64,000 nt of DNA from Octopus sinensis (Eukaryota): assembly GCF_006345805.1 (NCBI RefSeq), contig NC_043009.1:50778001-50842000 (forward strand), read 5' to 3'. Positions 13,981 through 25,893 of this stretch are shown here, in pieces. Each line of letters starts with the position of its first letter. The stretch's first letter is position 1. The notes under the pieces are model-generated. The model saw only the letters and a list, made by a program, of their open reading frames with translations. It was not told the origin of the DNA and made no database searches. The translations under genes and the position numbers were made by a program.

Positions 13981-14420
13981 GGATCTTTTCGGTTTAAACG
14001 GCAGTTTTTTCTAGCGGTGTCATATGAAATTGTCACCCATAATTATGACCCTAGTATCGATCTATTGCATTTCAATCTATTTTAGGGTTAGGGTTAGTTA
14101 GGGTTGGTAAGGGTTTGGGGTGGGGAGAAGGGTATCTTTTTTTCTTCAGAAATGTAAATAAACCCAATCTGTTTCTTAAACGAGGGACATTTTCATACGG
14201 CACAGAATGTTTTCACCTCAATAGACGTCATTGATTGGATGAAATTGCAAAAATTGAAGAAAAAAAAAACAACAAATATCTTACAAACTATAGAATTTTC
14301 TCAATAAAGCCAAGAGGAAAAAGATGTTTTATAAACACATTCTACCAGTATACGAAGTTGAAAAGTGATTAGTTACGTGGAAATTATTTTAAAAAACTGC
14401 CGTTTAAACTGAAAAGATCC
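13981..14420. mobile_element. MITE with ~30-bp TIRs and 8-bp TSD (Merlin-like), carrying TTAGGG repeats
   Basis: TIR GGATCTTTTCGGTTTAAACGGCAGTTTTTT / AAAAAACTGCCGTTTAAACTGAAAAGATCC; flanks CCCACAGC / CTCACAGC (7/8 match); GG..CC termini. Confidence 0.8.
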
Positions 14421-15121
14421 CTCACAGCCATATGAACAAATATACCCTTGTATCAAAGTTATTATCATGATAAACTATAATGTAGAGCGCCGAAAAAAGA
14501 ATAGTTTTGAAGTATTTAGCTACGTCGCTATAAAAATGTCCGAGTTGAAATCCAGCCGAAAAGAATTTTTATGGCCTATTTCTTCTTGTGCATCAATAAA
14601 TATTTACTAAACGTGTGCTAGGATCGATTCAATTGACTATATTTGTGTCAACGTAACAAATTCTAACAAAAAAAAAAAAAAAGAATTTCGGGAGTGTTTT
14701 ACAATGTAAGTGTAGAAGAGTAGCGCAGTGTTATCAAAATTTCGTGGATGTGTGTGATTTGATAAGACGAACAAGGTGTTTGACGGTTGTAACATAACTC
14801 GCTAAATCTTCTTCTTCTCTACGTATGGCATCGATCACGTTCAAGAGAGATATCGACAATCTTGGAAAGAGATAGAAACTCGAAGAATGCAAGAAGAACT
14901 GAACACGCCGCAAACGAAATGCAATGAAAAGATTGAGAGAAGAATTAAATTTCGCAAACTGCAAGCGACTGGCATATTATCACAGAAGTAGAAAGAAATG
15001 AGACAAGTTATAATTCGTAGAACGTTGTCTTTGGAAGTTTGTAAGATAAACGGTAAAATACTTAAAGGTCAGGGATTGAATTAGGTAAGTTGTAACTGTG
15101 ATGCTTCCGTCGGAAAAATGG

Positions 15122-15158
<37 letters not shown>

Positions 15159-15485
15159 TAATAGATAAAATATATGCATACATACAAACATATATGTACG
15201 TACCGACATCTACATGTATATATACATGCATATATAAATATATATACGTACAGGACACCACATACACACGATGTTTTCACATATATGATTATATGTATAT
15301 GTACTTATGTAAATTGGTTACGACGAGATATGCAAAGAAATGTAGTTACGGTTGTGTTTTGCTAACTGTTGATAATGTGTGTGTTCGTATAGCAAAGGTT
15401 ATGTGAGCACTTGCAGCTAGTTGGAAACCATACATGCGCGTGTACGTGTTTATAGCCGGTTGCTGTTCAAGTATACCTCTTTTTT

Positions 15486-15870
15486 GTGGAGGCGCAATGG
15501 CCCAGTGGTTAGGGCAGCGGACTCGCGGTCATAGGATCGCGGTTTCGATTCCCAGACCGGGCGTTGTGAGTGTTTATTGAGCGAAAACGCCTAAAAGCTC
15601 CACGAGGCTCCGGCAGGGGATGGTGGTGATCCCTGCTGTACTCTTTCACCACAACTTTCTCTCACTCTTACTTCCTGTTTCTGTTGTACCTGTATTTCAA
15701 AGGGCCGGCCTTGTCACTCTCTGTGTCACGCTGAATATCCCCGAGAACTACGTTAAGGGTGCACGTGTCTGTGGAGTGCTCAGCCACTTACACGTTAATT
15801 TCACGAGCAGGCTGTTCCGTTGATTCGGATCAACCGAAACCCTCATCGTCGTTACCGACGGAATGCTTCC
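15486..15870 (+). mobile_element. SINE family A, full length
   Basis: Near-identical to 3404-3787; 13-bp TSD ATACCTCTTTTTT. Confidence 0.9.
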
Positions 15871-16089
15871 ATACCTCTTTTTTAAAACTCTGCGTGTGTG
15901 TATACACACATAGACATACGAAAGAGAGGCAATATATCAACATGTACCAATAACAATCATTTTGCTCTTCGTTCTTTTAATATTTTACTGATGTCATCAC
16001 TGGTCCGCAGTCATACTGGAGCAGTACCAGGACTCACAGTCAACAGTAATTATTTCAGTCTTATTTCATCGAACTCATCTAATGAAAGA

Positions 16090-16233
16090 CCAAATCTCTT
16101 TTCAACCTACAGTACCTTCTTTACACACTCAAGGTATGGGCCAACCCAAATCTAAAGGCCAACCCAAATCTCTTTTCGACCTACAGTACCTTCTCTTTAC
16201 ACACTCAAGGTATGGGCCAACCCAAATCTAAAG
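16090..16233. repeat. Tandem duplication, 2 x ~74 bp
   Basis: CCAAATCTCTTTTC..CCTACAGTACC..AAGGTATGGGCCAACCCAAATCTAAAG occurs twice. Confidence 0.9.
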
Positions 16234-18092
16234 TGTAAGACATTTGTAGAAGGTACCCACGCAGCGAAATCGAACCCGGATCTGCAAAGTTGCCAACAAA
16301 TTTCTTAAAACCACATAGCTATGCTTGCGTTCAATAACCAAAACGTTAAAGAAAAATATTAAAAAATGTTATTTCTATGGAGGAGAATGTATGTTATGTG
16401 TGTATACGTGGAGTGTATGTGACGAGTAAGTAAGATAGACAAGAAAGCGGTGTCAACTCAAATCTAAAAAATTATAAAATTTTAAAATGAAAACAAGCAA
16501 ATAGAAACAAATAAACAAGCTAAGTAAACAAGAGGAAGATAAAAAAATTAAGCAAACAGAAACTGGATAGGCTGATATGATTTGATATCTAGATAGCGCG
16601 GTCGGAAAACCATTTGTCAATCTCTGTAAATATTTAGTGACACTAGGACCGTCAATTATAATTTAAACAACTAAAACAGAACAACAAAGAGAATAAAATA
16701 TAATGTAGCTAGACTGTGACATTTTATTTTATTTTTCTTTGGGGATTTATCATTGATTTGATTTCTAATGTAGATGCTTAGATACAAAGCTATACATTTT
16801 AGAAGAGAAGGATCGATTATCCATGGACCCTCAGTACTTGGCTGCTACTATTTTTTTTTATCAATTTCAGACTGATGAAAGGCAAAGTAGACTTTAGTGG
16901 GGTATATATACCTATAGAGTGTTATCTAAGCTTTAATAAAGCTTCTAACTCAGAGAAGAAGTAAGTGAAGTAAGACCCCCTGGATATTACTGTTTATATC
17001 CTGGTGCTCATAGTGCCGCGTACCCGGTTTCCATAGCATATAACTGACCAAGATAACAGCATTTCCATGAACGAGTTGCCAGACCACCGTAAAGTTATTC
17101 ATTTACAGCTGAGGAACTGAAGCGACGTGAAATAAAGTGTTTTACTAAAGAACGCAACGTACCTCCCGGTCCGAGTATCGAAAGGTCGATCTTGCAACAC
17201 CCCAACCGCCCGGTGACGCGCCAACATTCCTAACTTAGACACACGATCTAGAAATGAAAGGAAGGGTAGCTGGCGGAACCTAGCTAAATCACCCAAGTAC
17301 TTAACTTACGATGTAAGGGAAAATATTAACATCTGGGATTTGAATACAAAACATAATGTAATATTACTAAATACTACAAGATATTTGTTTGAAATTCATC
17401 TCATTCGTCCATCTACCAGTTAATCCTAGATTTTAATTGTAATTTCTAACTTTCACACTAAGCTACAAATTAGATATATTACTGGTATTCATTTTATCGA
17501 GCTTGGAGGATATGAACACAGAACATAAACAGAAACGTAAATAAACAATGTAAAACACCTAGGCAGCTAGTTATAATAACGTATAAATGAGTTTGCGATA
17601 AATTACTTTTAAAAGACAATTAGTTAAATATTTTTTAGTTTATTAAAACAAACCAAAATGAAAATAATAATGATAACCATTTAATTTTATACTCAACGTA
17701 GACTGTCATTAGTTGATCGAAATAATTAACACATAATTTGCAATGTTATTTATTTATTCATTTACTGTATTCTGGCAGAAATTACATATTTAGAATAAAT
17801 GCATTCACTACGATTTAATGTAACCGCTCTTGCTGTAGGTGAAATATAAGTGGACGAAACATTAACATACAAATTCTCATGGTTAAAACTGTTTCGTGAT
17901 CTAGTAACTGTTTTTTTTTTACTGTCTCTGGGCAACCTGAGTACACACGTACAATTAAGAAACTGACCTGGTCCTGATGTATATCGAAACTATATGAAGT
18001 ATCTATGAACTCACGATTGTTTAGGGGCAATACACTACCTTACTCCACATAGCCATTACATATATATATATATATATATAATATATATATAT

Positions 18093-18280
18093 AATGTGAC
18101 CTCGTGTGTACCGTTGGCGATTTTTTTCCTCTGTCTTTCCTTCTCTGGATCTTTCCTTCTCCTATGTTTCCGACGAAGAGCTCCGCTCGAAACGTTAAAC
18201 CCTCCTTCTTTCCTGAGCGTCTAATAATAGTATATTTGTTTCACGTCCTCGCATTGTTGTGCTTTCTTGTTTGGATTAAC
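18093..18280 (+). mobile_element. HHR mini-element, family E
   Basis: HHR at 18166-18200; starts AATGTGACC; (TA)n on both sides. Confidence 0.85.
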
Positions 18281-18329
<49 letters not shown>

Positions 18330-19469
18330 ACATGATTACATATACATAGGTAATGTAAAACTTGAGATATATATCAGAAGGCAGAATCATTAGCACGTCA
18401 GATAAATTATTTGACGGCATTTCATCTGGCTCTTTTACATTCTCAGTTCCAATTTCGTCACGGTTAATTTTGCATATCATATCTTCCGGTTGGATAAAAC
18501 AAATTACGAGTCAAGTACTGGGACATTTGTGATTTACTGCTCACCTACCCTTGGACCCTACAATGGACCGGCGTCCCGATTAAGGGGAATGTTGTGATCT
18601 CGGTCACTTACATACGTCCTAGAAACCAGGTAACTGGCCTTGTGCGTCCCAGGACTCGAGAAAATTAATGTGTGTATATATATATTTATATATGAGAGAG
18701 AGAGATTTATTAACGAAGCTGAGAAAAATAATCTGTTTTGACTGAGAAACCTCAAGAAGACGAGTTCACGTTCTTGTTGATGAGGTCAATTCTGATCAAG
18801 CCGGCTTAAGGTCAAGGAAAGGTGTGTAAACCACGATTAACTTCTTTTTTTCCATCATCCAATGTGCCCTTCGCCTTTTAAAAGAGTAGAGGACGATTTG
18901 AAGAAAAGCTGATACTTCTGGCAAGTAGAACAACTATGTGCTTCGCTGTTGATTCCTTCAGTTTTAAGTACTGAATATAAGAGGAAGATGTGAATGTTAT
19001 TCGATTGATTACCCTTTTAACATTCTAATTTGCTTGATAAAAAGGCATTTTGTAATTAACAGCAGAATCGCTGGTGCGTCTGAAAGCATGATTTGCTGTA
19101 TATATTCCGGGTCTTTACGTTCTGAATTCAAATTCCTATGTAATCAATTTCGCTTTTCATTCTCTCGCGTTCAATAAAATAAAGTACCAGTTAAGTACTG
19201 GTATCGCTGATGTCAACTAAACTTAATCTCTCAAAAAAAAAAAAAAAAGCAAATTCAACATTTTTAGTAATTTCAAATAAGCTTACATGTAGTCTAAACA
19301 AAGCTGCTTCTCTCTCTATCTCACACACACATACAAAACTTCGTTGTATCGCGTATGTAAAAAAATGCTTCTATAGGTTTTTTTTTCTTTCAAGTTCTTC
19401 TGAACAAAGCATGTAACGTCGGCCACTTAACGAAATTACATATTTTAGAGACGCACCAGACACAGAAGT

Positions 19470-19852
19470 GGAAGCACTCCGTCGGTTACGACGATGAGGG
19501 TTCCGGTTGATCTGACCAACGGAACAGCCTGCTCGTGAAATTAACGTGTAAGTGGCTGAGCACTCCACAGACACGTGTACCCTCAACGTAGTTCTCGGGG
19601 ATATTCAGCATGACACAGAGAGTGACAAGGCCGGCCCTTTGAAATACAGGTACAACAGAAACAGGAAGAAAGAGTGAGAGAAAGTTGTGGTGAAAGAGTA
19701 CAGCAGGGATCACCACCATCCCCTGCCGGAGCCTCGTGGAGCTTTAGGTGTTTTCGCTCAATAAACACTCACAACGCCCGGTCTGGGAATCGAAACCGCG
19801 ATCCTACGACCGCGAGTCCACTGCCCTAACCACTGGGTCATTGCGCCTCCAC
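19470..19852 (-). mobile_element. SINE family A, full length
   Basis: Reverse complement of family A; 12-bp TSD AGACACAGAAGT. Confidence 0.9.
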
Positions 19853-20858
19853 AGACACAGAAGTACGGTTTAATGAAACTGAGATGCAGAAGCTGTTTCT
19901 ACTCGAGAAGAATTTTCAACAGTTACTAATAATCATTTGAAATTTAAGAGTAATTCTGAATGATAAGGAAGTTATCAACACCAGTACTTGACTTGCACCT
20001 TATTCTATTGGCCCCGAAAGGATAAAAGGCAAAACTAAATTCGGCGGGATTTGAAACTAGAACAGAAAGAACAAGAATACTGCAAATCATTTCTCCGATG
20101 CACCAACGACTTTTACGAGCACGCCGCCTCCTGACAGTGACTAAAATAACAATGATTCGTAACAGACAACGCCGCAAATGTGTGGCGAAAGGAAATCGTG
20201 ATTAAAAATATCGAAATTAAAATTCCGAAATTGAGATAAATTTCCTAAGCTGGATTGAGCACAGAATCACATACTGGCTTTGTTAATGATTGAGTAGAAT
20301 TTAATAGATTTTTTTTTTATGTATTCATCGCGTGTGTGTGTGTGGTGTGTGTGTGTGCACGCGCAACATTGAACATTTGATGAATTTAAAAATATACACA
20401 ATAAAATGGTAGCTATTTCCGTAAGCAGACGAAATCGTGAATAAGTCGAAGATCAATGTGACCATAAACCGTTTGCATATCGTATAGAATATTGCGTAAT
20501 TCGTGTATCCAATTGAAAGTCGATCTGAAATCAGCAGTGTTTGATGCGGGATAGACAAACTGTTATATAACTATACGGATATATACGTATATACTACCAA
20601 TAAAACTGGTGTGCGCGCACACATACATAGACACTAAAAGACATATATGTATATACTCACACATGTATACAGATATATAAACATTAAGATTATATCAACA
20701 AAAGTTATATAATTACATATTACACATTAAAGTTTTACACAGATTCACACAGATGTATATACATACATACACAAAGTTTTATATGTATGTATATTATATA
20801 TATATATATTATAGATAGATATATATAATATATATATATAATATATTATTTATACATA

Positions 20859-20893
<35 letters not shown>

Positions 20894-20895
<2 letters not shown>

Positions 20896-21985
20896 CATTA
20901 TTGGTGAATTGAAGAAATGGAGCTGAACGCAGATTGAACAGAAATCGTTTTATTTCATTCTACACGTGTTTCGAAAGGCACAAATTACCAAAATCCGATT
21001 GAATAATGGGACCATATTGTGTCTTTCTCTCAGGAAAAATAGGAAATCCGTTGGAAAAACAAAAACAGAAAACAGAGGCGGAGCAAAACCAATCGAACTA
21101 TGCTCCTAAGAGCCCATGGCGAAACTGTTTATCAGTGTATGTGAGAGAACCGGTGGCTGAAGAATTCAACGGGTCAGGCATCGGTCAATCATGTGGGTGA
21201 GGGTGTGTAGATGTTCTTTGTGACCGAGAATAAAGTTCTGACTATTTAAGGAATATTGGATGTTTTATAAGGGGCGAGAAAAAATCTACTTAGAGACGTG
21301 TGTGTGTGTATACTGTTCTATATATGTGTGTGTTGGCGTAGGGGTAGAAAACATTTTTGTGTACGTATGTGCGTTTGATCGTTCGGCTGTCAGTGGCTAC
21401 TGCGTGAGAACCGTTGGGTGGCAGAGAAAAAAAAATATATATATATTATGTTTTATGTGTGTGTGTGTTCATCTAAGCCTGCCTTGTCAAGGAAACCCCC
21501 CGCTGTGAAAAAACCAAGCCCCGTTTGTCTTACAGGAGTAATTCCCCTTGCAGTGGTTAATCGTAGATATCTTAAAGCTATTTCAGAATTTGTTACCAAG
21601 GGCTATGGGTGCCGGTATTATTATAAACGCTATTTAAAAGCCAGATAAGTGTAACGCCGCCAATGGGGGCATCGAAAAGCCGACTGTAAAAGCCCGTTTA
21701 CCATCGGCCTCTGGCAAACAAAATATGGAAGAGTCGGAGACACAAAGGTTTGCACTGCCTTCTGCCCCTATCAAATGGGAGGGCCACCGACAAAATTGAC
21801 CATTCCAGCCTGTAGCTTAAGTTCGTATCCTTCAGTCGCCATATTAGCTTACTGAGTCCCGTGGTCTGGCGCTTGTTCATGTCCCGAAAAGTTGCGTAAT
21901 GGTTGGAGACACGCAAAGACAATCTTGAGGATGAGGCCCCTACATAAGTGAAGAGATCTGAGTCCGTGTAAACCTTGCATTGGTA
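20894..21985 (-). repeat. 3' pseudo-LTR of the PLE
   Basis: Direct repeat of 24517-25598; the copies differ mostly by 1-nt indels. Confidence 0.92.
20952..21040 (-). ncRNA. Type I hammerhead ribozyme in the 3' pLTR (core reads CTGAGA, 1-nt deletion)
   Basis: Same fold as 24575-24666, but N7 is missing from the core; either a real mutation or a sequence error. Confidence 0.7.
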
Positions 21986-24315
21986 GACGGCGTTTTTGAT
22001 CTTGGAGTTCGCCGACGTGAATCTTATTCTGCTAGGATTAGTTTCTGAAATTAGAACTGCGTTCCTGTCACTATATTCGTTCCGAGACCTGCAGCCGCTT
22101 ACTACTCTATTTTCCACTACGTCACTATTAACTATAGGAATAACCCCTGATTCTCCACTATCTATCAGAGTGCTGTCATTGCTACTGCCCGTGGTGCTGC
22201 TGCTATTGCGGGAAATGATGCTGGGGATGCTATTGGGGCTCTCTACCCTACTCCCATTGTTACCGTCAACCACAACACACCCCTATTTATAACTATACCC
22301 CTAGTGGGTACTCCCTGGCTGGAGCTGAGATTATGTGTCACTGTACTGGCTCTCATATCATTATTACTACTATAATTATTCCTACTGAGCATTAACCGGG
22401 AGCGGAAGAGGCTGTGCCTCCGGAAAAAGGTGATAGGGTCTTAGTAAGTAGCCTATTATTATGGGAGGCGATTATCTGGGCGAGGTTTTTAGTGTTGGAG
22501 AAAGCTATCCTAACTTTATGCAAGTTAACCGTGGAGTAATATTTGGAATTTCTGGGGAAGTTATTGGCGATGGCTTGTCTAAACATGAGGGGGAGGTTAG
22601 TTCTAATCTGCTTACCAAAGGGGATTACAAACCATATATGCTTATTCCTATCAGTGTGATGGGTCGGGACGCCAGCTCTCGCATTCGAGTGGGTGATTCT
22701 CGGATGAATAACGGGTCTTGGGTTAGTGTAAGACCTCCCGGACCGATAATTATCCTTGTTCGCTAAATTAAATGCGGGAGCGACTACCCCGGCATCCGCC
22801 GCGCTCCCGTCCTTACTTAAAATGTTAATGTTATTATATACGGCCCTATCCTGATGACCGAATGATGGCATCGGAAGGGCCGGATCAATATAAATTACCT
22901 TTGCCTATAACCGGCCCTGGATAGTGCGGCGTTATAAAATTCCGCTTTCTGCATAAAAATATCGGCACTGGCGGACAAGCCAGACAATCTTAGAGAGATG
23001 TTTTTAACCAAATTGTCTGTTACGTTTTGGCATGATTTGAGAAGAAGACACTGACTACTCAAATTAGTGGAAGGCTTATGGTAAGGGCAGTATGAGTCGC
23101 TATTAAGGTTAAGTGTAACGTCTAGGAAATTAGCTTGGTGAGTTCATTATCAAAAACTATACTCATGCCCCTTCTATTAAAAAACCTAGCTAACCTGCTC
23201 TAGTTTCTGCACTATTGTTCGTGGTGTTTTGCAGGTAAAACAGACAATCGTCACGATACAGGCCGCCCGCGATCTCCGGGAATTGGTCGGACAATTCGTC
23301 GTAGAGAATATATATTCCGACCAAATCGGCTATCTGCGCACTATCCGAACTACCCATAGGCACCATCAAATTCATGGGAGTATCTTTACGGATCCACAAC
23401 TTATTATCAAACTTAATAAACGATTTCCTGGCAACTAAAATGATATCTATCTCTTCTCTGGTGAGGCCAGCCTTGTTGTGAGCATGCCAGAGGGCCTTAT
23501 TAGCACACTAGGGTTAATCGAGGGGTAGAAGCTGGCGATATCAAACTGAATGAACCTAGTACGGTTCTTATTGGGGATGGAAGAAACCACTTCACTACCT
23601 GCGAGGAGTTGGCCCAGGGCTGAGCTTCAGCTTGTTTACTAAACTAGGGATATATTTATCTAAAATGTACTTACTGATTATCCCGATATCAGATCTAGCA
23701 GGGCATATGAGTCTTAGCGCTGGGTTGGTGTGGAAGTTCGGTTTATGGTCCTTCACTATAAAATCTGGGTTGCTTAGGGCTAAGCGGCTGAGTTCTCATT
23801 TGAATTCGGTGTTTAAATATTATTTCCTTAATTTCCAAGTTTACCTTCCTCAGGGTACTCCAATTGGTTTTTCTATAATTTTTCTTGATCTCTTTACCGA
23901 GTAAATCTAGGTACTGCTTAATGGGCATCTTGTATGTGTTCCTGGTCTTGTCGGACTGGACCAGGACTCCGTCCGTTCTATTAATGTCCTTGGTAATTTT
24001 ATCTAGGTATCTGAGGTGGACATTTCTCCTGGGTGACTTCCTGAACTTAATCTTTCTAACTATGTCCCACAAGTCGTCCTCAAACTTCTCAGTCTTGGGT
24101 TAGGTGGCGGCGTATCCAATGTTTTAAAAAGCCGGCCGTATTCGGACGATGCTGTTGTCCGGTTCGATTTTAGATCTTCGTTCTCGTGGAAGAAAATGAG
24201 CCATCTTATCCGGTTTATGAATGCGTTGGTTTTACAAACCAACTCCTTAAGGAGGCATCCTTTGGTGGTATATAGGAATATCCTTAAGGGACGCATCAAT
24301 CTCGAACAACTCCAT
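21630..24315 (-). CDS. PLE polyprotein (reverse transcriptase + C-terminal GIY-YIG endonuclease), broken by many 1-bp frameshifts
   Basis: Manual reconstruction across frames: ATG at 24315 (MELFEIDASLKDIPI), INRIRWLIFF, QSDKTRNTY, KDHKPNF..RLICPARSDIGIISK, FIQFDIASFYPSI (RT motif A), PMGSSDSAQIADLVGIYIL (motif B), GLYRDD (motif C), NFLDVTLNL, KHIWFVIPF, IIASHNNRLL, then AVYQCKV..YVGASS..RVSNH..LSKLIWRLK..WSIL..C.LC..CPH. Stop TAG at 21630-21632. Confidence 0.85.
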
Positions 24316-24516
24316 TATTGGCATCGGTTAAAGTAGCAGTTTCTTGCTGACGAAGCGGTATGTATTATGTGAAATAGAAAGATGAATAATCTTGTAGTAG
24401 ATTAATCAAAAGTTTAACCGATACCTTAGAAGCAAAATCACAGCAGTAAACAGCACGGTTGGAGGTACAACCATATGGTGTTGCAACCGTGCGTTGGTGC
24501 GGATAATTGAAATTAA

Positions 24517-25598
24517 AACATTATTGGTGAATTGAAGAAATGGAGCTGAACGCAGATTGAACAGAAATCGTTTTATTTCATTCTACACGTGTTTCGAAAG
24601 GCACAAATTACCAAAATCCGATTGAATAATGGGACCATATTGTGTCTTTCTCTTCAGGAAGAAAATAGGAAATCCGTTGGAAAAACAAAAACAGAACAGA
24701 GGCGGAGCAAAACCAATCGAACTATGCTCCTAAGAGCCCATGGCGAAACTGTTTATCAGTGTATGTTGAGAACCGGTGGCTGAAGAATTCAACGGGTCAG
24801 GCATCGGTCATCATGTGGTGAGGGTGTGTAGATGTTCTTTGTGACCGAGAATAAGTTTCTGACTATTTAAGGAATATTGGATGTTTTATAAGGGGCGAGA
24901 AAAAATCTACTTAGAGACGTGTGTGTGTGTATACTGTTCTATATAGTGGTGTGTTGGCGTAGGGTAGAAAACATTTTTGTGTACTGTGTGCGTTTGATCG
25001 TTCGGCTGTCAGTGGCTACTGCCGTGAGAACCGTTGGGTGGCAGAAAAAAAATATATATTTATGTTTTATGTGTGTGTGTGTTCATCTAAGCCTGCCTTG
25101 TCAAGGAAACCCCCCGCTGTGAAAAAACCAAGCCCCGTTTGTCTTACAGGAGTAATTCCCCTTGCAGTGGTTAATCGTAGATATCTTAAAGGCTATTTCA
25201 GAATTTGTGTACCAAGGGCTTGGGTGCCGGTATTATTTATAAACGCTATTTAAAAGCCAGATAAGTGTAACGCCGCCAATGGGGGCATCGAAAAGCCGAC
25301 TGTAAAAGCCCGTTTACCATCCGGCCTCTGGCAAACAAATATGGAAGTTCGGAGACACAAAGGTTGCACTGCCTTCTGCCCGATCAAAGGGGAGGGCCAC
25401 CGACAAAATTGAACCATTCCAGCCTGTAGCTTAAGTTCGTATCCTTCAGTCGCCATATTAGCTTACTGAGTCCCGTGGTCTGGCGCTTGTTCATGTCCCG
25501 AAAAGTTGCGTATGGTTGGAGACACGCAAAGACAATCTTGAGGATGAGGCCCCTACACAATGGAAGACATCTGAGTCCGTGTAAACCTTGCATTGGTA
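24517..25598 (-). repeat. 5' pseudo-LTR of the PLE (3' end of a 5'-truncated upstream copy)
   Basis: Direct repeat of 20894-21985; contains EN C-terminal codons (ATFRDMNKRQTTGLSKLIWRLKD) and ends in (TA)n. Confidence 0.92.
24575..24666 (-). ncRNA. Type I hammerhead ribozyme in the 5' pLTR (canonical core)
   Basis: Minus strand reads ATTTTCTTC-CTGAAGA-GAAAGACACAA..TTGTGCCTTTC-GAAAC-ACGT-GTA/GAATGAAAT. CUGANGA and GAAA cores, 11-bp stem II with one mismatch, short stem III with palindromic ACGT loop, stem I pairing; predicted GUA cleavage at 24583/24584. Confidence 0.85.
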
Positions 25599-25638
25599 TA
25601 TATATATATAGTATAATATATCTATATATAATATATAT

Positions 25639-25821
25639 AAAGGAAAGTTACGAAAATAAACAAAAGACGAAGGCAGGTGGAGCACAAACAAACAAATGTA
25701 TTAGTATAGCGCTCAGGAATAGAAAAGTCTTTTACGTTTCGACCTACGCTCTTCGATAGAAAGATACACAGAAAAAAACAAGGAGAGAAGAAAAATGCGT
25801 GTAGGAGCTAACGATCTATCA

Positions 25822-25823
<2 letters not shown>
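25639..25823 (-). mobile_element. HHR mini-element, family F (degenerate core)
   Basis: Reverse complement matches 11259-11441; HHR remnant at 25729-25763; (TA)n on both sides. Confidence 0.75.
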
Positions 25824-25868
<45 letters not shown>

Positions 25869-25893
25869 TATATATATATAATATATATATATA

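Larger units (their letters stand above)
20894..25598 (-). mobile_element. Penelope-like retroelement (Naiad-like), near full length, with direct pseudo-LTRs, inserted in (TA)n
   Basis: RT and GIY-YIG coding segments at 21630-24315 are bracketed by a ~1.09-kb direct repeat (20894-21985 vs 24517-25598) containing the EN 3' end and 3' UTR, the partial-tandem layout typical of PLEs. Both outer ends abut (TA)n. Confidence 0.92.

Noticed and set aside
14082-14133. Telomere or telomere-fusion scar
   Set aside because: Only a few degenerate TTAGGG units, located inside a TIR/TSD-bounded MITE.
21996-22766. Plus-strand ORFs overlapping the PLE (21996-22292, 22461-22766)
   Set aside because: Antisense shadows of the PLE coding region with no recognisable motifs.
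22842-22885. CTGATGA-CCGA..TCGG-AAG hammerhead-like motif antisense to the PLE ORF
   Set aside because: No proper GAAA or stem III/cleavage triplet; it lies within coding sequence and is probably chance.
21630-24315. Selenocysteine recoding as in many Naiad elements
   Set aside because: No in-frame TGA at conserved Cys positions in my manual reconstruction; should be rechecked on a polished consensus.
24347-24380. CTGACGA...GAAA on the plus strand of the PLE leader
   Set aside because: The intervening sequence cannot form stem II.
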